Shown here: positions 59,283 to 64,000 of the stretch, in pieces
Numbering within the stretch: the stretch's first letter is position 1
Layout: the number at the start of each line of letters is the position of its first letter
IMG/VR virus record: IMGVR_UViG_2061766007_000322
Length of the DNA stretch: 64,000 bases
Strand: one strand, 5' to 3'
From: an uncultured virus (IMG/VR IMGVR_UViG_2061766007_000322)
Lineage: Duplodnaviria; Heunggongvirae; Uroviricota; Caudoviricetes
Made by a program: the position numbers and the translations under genes
The notes under the pieces: generated by a model
What the model was told of the DNA's origin: nothing
Seen by the model: the letters and a program-made list of their open reading frames with translations, nothing else
Databases searched by the model: none

Positions 59283-60149
59283 TTATACGGCTATAGGAAT
59301 ATTTTTTACTTGTTCACCAGCTTTATAGTTTTCTATATTAAATGAGTCTTCTGTAAATTCATAAAAATTTTTTATATCTTTATCCAGTGTAACTATCGGT
59401 GCACTATATTGTTCTCTTTTAATAAGTTCTTCTACAATAGGTATATGTCTATCATATATATGTGCATCTGCAATTACATGAAGAAGAACACCTGGTATCA
59501 TATCAACCGATTGTGCTATCATCATAAGTAATGCTGAATATTGCACAACATTCCAATTATTAGCAGCAAGGACATCATTGCTTCTTTGGTTAAGTACGAC
59601 ATTTAATACAAGTTTATCATATCCTTCATCAGTTACATTAAAAGTGAGAGACCAACAACATGGATAAAGATTCATTTCACTGAGTTCTGAATGATTGTAA
59701 ATACTTGTAATCATTCTTCTGCTATAAGGAGTATTCTTCAGTTCATAAAGAATATTATCCATCTGGTCCATCATCATTCCATGTGTTTTAAACTGTTTAC
59801 CTATTTGGTATCCATATGCTTTTCCGATACTTCCAGTTGAATCAGCCCATGAATCCCAAATATGAGGTTTTAGATCATGAATATTATTTGACTTTTTCTG
59901 AAATATCCATAAAACCTCATTTATTGCGGATTTAATTCCAATTTTTCTCAAAGTTAAAGCAGGAAATTCTTCCCTAAGATCATATCTTGCAACATGACCA
60001 AACATCTTTTTTGTATATGCTTTCTCACCGGTATCTTTCCATATAGGTCTAACTTTTTCACCCTTTGTATCAGTGCCATGCGTGAGAATTTCTGTACACA
60101 TATTTACAAAAATATTATCTGCTTTTGACATATTCATTATTCCTTTCAT
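59283..60149 (-). CDS. thyA: Thymidylate synthase
   Basis: FPALT, IWDSW, YGYQ, SRR, LYPCC, NQRSND..NW, DAHIY. Confidence 0.95.
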   Translation of the reverse strand: MKGIMNMSKADNIFVNMCTEILTHGTDTKGEKVRPIWKDTGEKAYTKKMFGHVARYDLREEFPALTLRKIGIKSAINEVLWIFQKKSNNIHDLKPHIWDSWADSTGSIGKAYGYQIGKQFKTHGMMMDQMDNILYELKNTPYSRRMITSIYNHSELSEMNLYPCCWSLTFNVTDEGYDKLVLNVVLNQRSNDVLAANNWNVVQYSALLMMIAQSVDMIPGVLLHVIADAHIYDRHIPIVEELIKREQYSAPIVTLDKDIKNFYEFTEDSFNIENYKAGEQVKNIPIAV

Positions 60150-60285
60150 ATATATTTTATTTATAGAGAAATTATTATATAGTCATCTGAACTATAAATT
60201 CTTATAAAAACATATGAATAAGGGTTTACCTCAAAATTAATACTCTTAATTCAGGTAAAAAATATGTAAAGGAGGTTTATGAATT

Positions 60286-61623
60286 ATGGGAGTAATTGAT
60301 GAAATATTTAGCATAATTCGAAAAGGTCCTCAGGTTGCCTCTCAAATCGATCAAGTTAAATTAAACACAAAAACAATTGCTGGTGGTGCTCGTGATGCTA
60401 CATTCCAGTTTCCTGTTCTTGTTTCTAACACCATTGATATTGACATGGCAAGTACTATTGTAAGGACTGTTGAAAAGAGTTATGTACAATATACACAACA
60501 GTGGCTCTCTCTTAACCAGACTATAAACATTACAACAGATAGAAATATTGTTCAGTATCTCAAGAAGTTCCATCAGAATGTTTCTTTTGAATCAGCTGTA
60601 AAGGAACTTTTAGTAGATGAAAATAAAGTATCTGATTATATGGAAAGAGTTGAAAAAGGAGAGTATTCACTTTATACAACTAAAGACAAATCGGTTGCTA
60701 TTGTATTTAATACAGCAGACCGTGGTACAGCAACTATGATGGAATCTCATAAAGATTTTCTTAAGGAGCATCTTTCGCAGTTTGATTTAAAACCAATTCC
60801 TTATATTGGTGAAAAGACACTTATTGAAGCTCCTGAAGATGAAATCACATCTGCGGATTTACTTTCTGCTATGATTAGAAATGGTGAAAAAAAGTTGAAC
60901 GATGAAGAGGAAGAAAAGAGAAATAATCTTGCTTTTCAGAAAGCTCAGAGTTATAAGGCACCGATACTTAATGATAAAGATGTTAAGAAAGCAAATGATG
61001 TTATGCCTTATACGATTAATGTTCGTTTAATGGCAGTTAATGATAAAAACGAATTTGTACAGTTTATGGATTTCGTTCTGGGTGTTAAGGCTATTCTTCA
61101 TCCTATTTCATCAGACGAAGTCATTGAAAATGTACAAAGGGTTCTTAAAAATCAGAACCCGATATTTAAATTTATAAGATGGACGACTGGTGAAATTTCA
61201 CTTGTTAAAAATCTTATTCTTAATCTTGATGATATAAAGGCAGATGCTCTTTATAAATCACATGGTAGAAACCCTTGGTTCTCACAGCTTAAGAGACTTA
61301 AAGAGAGAAGACTTGGTGTTCATGATTTTACAGTTCCCCATGCTTTAATTCCTAATTCTACATTAGTAATTACTCAGTATGAAGTTGATTATCTTAAGAA
61401 TAAATATGCTATTGATTTGGAAAATGTGAAAATTGCAAAAAGAATGATTGATGCACTTTTCCTTATGGCATTTATTATTGTAGATGATGGTTCAGGTACT
61501 GTAGAAATTCTTTATAAAGACGAACCTGCATATCAGACTTATGCGTTAGAAACTCTTGAAAGAGACCTTTCTATGAACTCTAATAAGCTTGGTCGTGAAA
61601 TTGGTCGTATGATTTCCCATTAA
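60286..61623 (+). CDS. Probable virion structural protein
   Basis: 445 aa; AACA-N6-TAA at 60209; SFES/MMES/LIEA motifs. Confidence 0.6.
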   Translation: MGVIDEIFSIIRKGPQVASQIDQVKLNTKTIAGGARDATFQFPVLVSNTIDIDMASTIVRTVEKSYVQYTQQWLSLNQTINITTDRNIVQYLKKFHQNVSFESAVKELLVDENKVSDYMERVEKGEYSLYTTKDKSVAIVFNTADRGTATMMESHKDFLKEHLSQFDLKPIPYIGEKTLIEAPEDEITSADLLSAMIRNGEKKLNDEEEEKRNNLAFQKAQSYKAPILNDKDVKKANDVMPYTINVRLMAVNDKNEFVQFMDFVLGVKAILHPISSDEVIENVQRVLKNQNPIFKFIRWTTGEISLVKNLILNLDDIKADALYKSHGRNPWFSQLKRLKERRLGVHDFTVPHALIPNSTLVITQYEVDYLKNKYAIDLENVKIAKRMIDALFLMAFIIVDDGSGTVEILYKDEPAYQTYALETLERDLSMNSNKLGREIGRMISH

Positions 61624-61643
61624 AAGAAAGGTGGTAGTAATTT

Positions 61644-62645
61644 ATGATTACTTATAATCCGTATTCAGCCGCTACCAAGATTTTAATGGAATCTGGTGAC
61701 GGAAAAGAATATTATGAAGTTAAGACTATTTTGGAAGATGCAACTTCTCCTATAACAGCTTCATATAGAGAAAGGCTTTTCCAGTCGGTTATCGATAAGG
61801 GACATATTGACTTTGGTTCTATTCCTTTATCAAAAGGTGATATTAAAAGTTATTCAGGATATAAAAATATGATCGATACTCTTGATGTTATTATCTGTAT
61901 TGGTACAGAAGAAAAGTCCAATGTAGTTGGATATGCTAATACTGTACTTGAAGCAATTAAGAATATTGAAGCATTAACATCCGTATTTCAGAAAGGTTTT
62001 GCTGCTAAAAATGAATATGTAATGCTTGAGTATAATACATATGTCTTTACATGCGTTGAAGCAACAACTACACTCATTTATGAATTCGTTGATTTTGTTA
62101 AGAGACCTGATAAGCCTACATATGTAATCACTCTTAAAGATACAAAATTCAGAGCTAATACTTTCTATTTTGAGCAACTTAATGCATTCAATAATGTAAA
62201 TAAAAATATGTATACAAACTATCGTAAGATGCTTGAAACAATGATTTCATCTGGTAGAAACAACTTTACTGGAGCAGAAGTTATTGGTATTGCAGCAGTT
62301 TCTATGGCAGCTCTTGCTGTAGTTCCTATTACAAGGTCACTTATTTATCATTTATATAATCTTCGTTCAAGTATTTCCTCAGAACTTGATCTTCAGGCAG
62401 CATTTCTCGAAATGAATAAAACGTGTATTGAAGCAAATGATGCTTTTACAGAAGATAAGAAAAAGAAAATTATTTCTAAGCAGGAAAGTATACGTAAATT
62501 TATGTCAGCCCTTTCTGATAAAATTCGTATTAAAGAATCAAAGAGTGTAAAAGTTACTGATAAGGAGATTGAGAATGATAATAAGACTATGTCTGTAAAT
62601 AAAATCAGAAAAGATATTTCTGACTCTCCTTTAAGTATTTTATAG
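61644..62645 (+). CDS. Probable virion protein
   Basis: 333 aa; LMESG near the N-terminus; one hydrophobic helix. Confidence 0.6.
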   Translation: MITYNPYSAATKILMESGDGKEYYEVKTILEDATSPITASYRERLFQSVIDKGHIDFGSIPLSKGDIKSYSGYKNMIDTLDVIICIGTEEKSNVVGYANTVLEAIKNIEALTSVFQKGFAAKNEYVMLEYNTYVFTCVEATTTLIYEFVDFVKRPDKPTYVITLKDTKFRANTFYFEQLNAFNNVNKNMYTNYRKMLETMISSGRNNFTGAEVIGIAAVSMAALAVVPITRSLIYHLYNLRSSISSELDLQAAFLEMNKTCIEANDAFTEDKKKKIISKQESIRKFMSALSDKIRIKESKSVKVTDKEIENDNKTMSVNKIRKDISDSPLSIL

Positions 62646-62664
62646 TATGAAAGGAGAATGAAAT

Positions 62665-63381
62665 ATGGATAAAGTAAAAGATAGAGTTGAAGATACAGAA
62701 CGTCGTATTTCACAGTCTATTGAAGAGGCAACTGATAGCGAAACAATTGTAAACTCTATGTGCCTTGGTATTGAAGAATATAAAAATACTATTCGTAATT
62801 TCTTTACTGATAGTAGTGGTAAGGAAATCAAAGAGGTTTATGGTAAATTAAAATCTCTTGATTATGCAAGAGATACATTAATTAATACTATAGATGTAAA
62901 TTACGGATCAAGTATTTATTTTGAATATTATGATGGCATGAAATTATTTATAATTAAGCTATCAGAATCTGTTAAGAAAGCTGATTATAATAATATAGCT
63001 GACTGCTCATGTAAGATTGATACAGCATTTGATGCTGATAAAAAATTTATTGATTCCTTATTCGGCGGTAAGAATAATGCTGTAAAAGAAGAAGCTTTAA
63101 CAGAAGCAGTTAAGAATTTTGAATATATGATTGACTTCAATGACATACTTTCAAATATGTCCCATGATCTTAAGACTCTTATAAGAGAAAATTTAGATCA
63201 GGATGGTAGTCCTAAAAATGAGACTGTTGTTAAAGCTATGAAGCTTTTAGCAGGATCGATGAATACATTTATAAGTAAAACAATAAGCTCTATGCTTAAC
63301 ACATATAGTCATATATTGGATGCTGTTAGCGGTAATCCTACGGCACCATATCTTGAATCTACAAAATTTGTACTTATCTAA
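62665..63381 (+). CDS. Hypothetical (likely head-associated) protein
   Basis: 238 aa; IEEA/LTEA/YLES motifs. Confidence 0.6.
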   Translation: MDKVKDRVEDTERRISQSIEEATDSETIVNSMCLGIEEYKNTIRNFFTDSSGKEIKEVYGKLKSLDYARDTLINTIDVNYGSSIYFEYYDGMKLFIIKLSESVKKADYNNIADCSCKIDTAFDADKKFIDSLFGGKNNAVKEEALTEAVKNFEYMIDFNDILSNMSHDLKTLIRENLDQDGSPKNETVVKAMKLLAGSMNTFISKTISSMLNTYSHILDAVSGNPTAPYLESTKFVLI

Positions 63382-63455
63382 TTTCTCAAATTGTATTAAA
63401 AACATTTGATTAATCAATAAAAGATAAGTCAAATAATAAAGAAAGGAGAGTATTT

Positions 63456-64000
63456 ATGGTCTTTTCTTTCGACATATCTAATTTTAAATATGAATGTGAA
63501 GAAGTACAATCTTTAATAAAAGCAAATTTAGAATCAGATATTATGACAGAACGAGCGTTTAAAGATTATTTTATTGAGTCATCATTAATATATATTAATG
63601 AAGCGTATGATCTCGATATGAATAAAACCGAAAAACCACAGAGTAATAATCCTATTGTAAAGCTCTTAAGAGGTGTTTGGAATGCAATTTCTAAATTATT
63701 TGAAACCATGAAAGATGGCTTTACAGGATTATTTAAAGATAAAATGACTATCGATGATTATATGTCAAGTAACTCTGGTAAAGAAAAATTTGAGTCTGAT
63801 GTCATACAAATAAATGATTCTATAGATGCTGATATAAGTAAAGGTTGTAAACTATTACAGATGATATCTTCGAAAACAGGTCTTCCTGACCAGATATTAA
63901 GCGAATGGATATTAGCTGGTGCAAATCACATAGAACAAATTGCACCCGGGATGATTCAGGGAGCGATTCAAAAAAATGTGTATAAAAAAGTTTATGATAA
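63456..64000 (+). CDS. Probable head-internal protein, 3'-truncated by window edge
   Basis: GAAAGGAG RBS; MVFSFD...NLESD..FIESS..INEAY; AACA-N6-TAA at 63401. Confidence 0.65.
   Translation, partial: MVFSFDISNFKYECEEVQSLIKANLESDIMTERAFKDYFIESSLIYINEAYDLDMNKTEKPQSNNPIVKLLRGVWNAISKLFETMKDGFTGLFKDKMTIDDYMSSNSGKEKFESDVIQINDSIDADISKGCKLLQMISSKTGLPDQILSEWILAGANHIEQIAPGMIQGAIQKNVYKKVYD

Noticed and set aside
1..64000. Stop-codon reassignment
   Set aside because: Long intact ORFs and dense coding under the standard code; TAG and TGA end genes at sensible boundaries.
1..64000. tRNA, rRNA, integrase/transposase, chimallin or tubulin genes
   Set aside because: None were recognised by eye; a nucleus-forming lifestyle cannot be inferred from this window.

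Overview
A very AT-rich segment of a jumbo tailed phage of phiKZ/AR9-like organisation, probably infecting a Gram-positive (Firmicutes-type) host. Evidence for the host: strong AGGAGG ribosome-binding sites, an SPP1-type holin, a BspA LRR protein, and peptidoglycan hydrolases on the tape measure. It encodes a 1423-aa phage multisubunit RNA polymerase beta-like subunit, a 3750-aa tape measure, baseplate/tail proteins, RusA, ThyA, DHFR, dCTP deaminase, a PolB-like fragment, a kinase-like protein, IF-1, a TIGR02452/PARG-like macrodomain and a DUF1874/AcrIII-1 ring nuclease. Reading the DNA directly shows four further patterns. (1) There are two phage promoter classes: an exact 13-mer TATATATTATTTT (9 copies) and NACA-N6-TAA (14 copies, AR9 late-promoter-like). 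(2) Four unrelated accessory genes, including AcrIII-1, share a covarying structured 5' leader (hairpin, H-type pseudoknot, two hairpins, GGGAAAGGAG). (3) Late-class multi-enzyme polyproteins have domains separated by hydrophobic-X-E|S/A motifs, suggesting protease-processed, virion-packaged effector cargo. (4) There are several paralog expansions and poly-lysine-tagged proteins. All family assignments are from motif recognition by eye; no searches were run.
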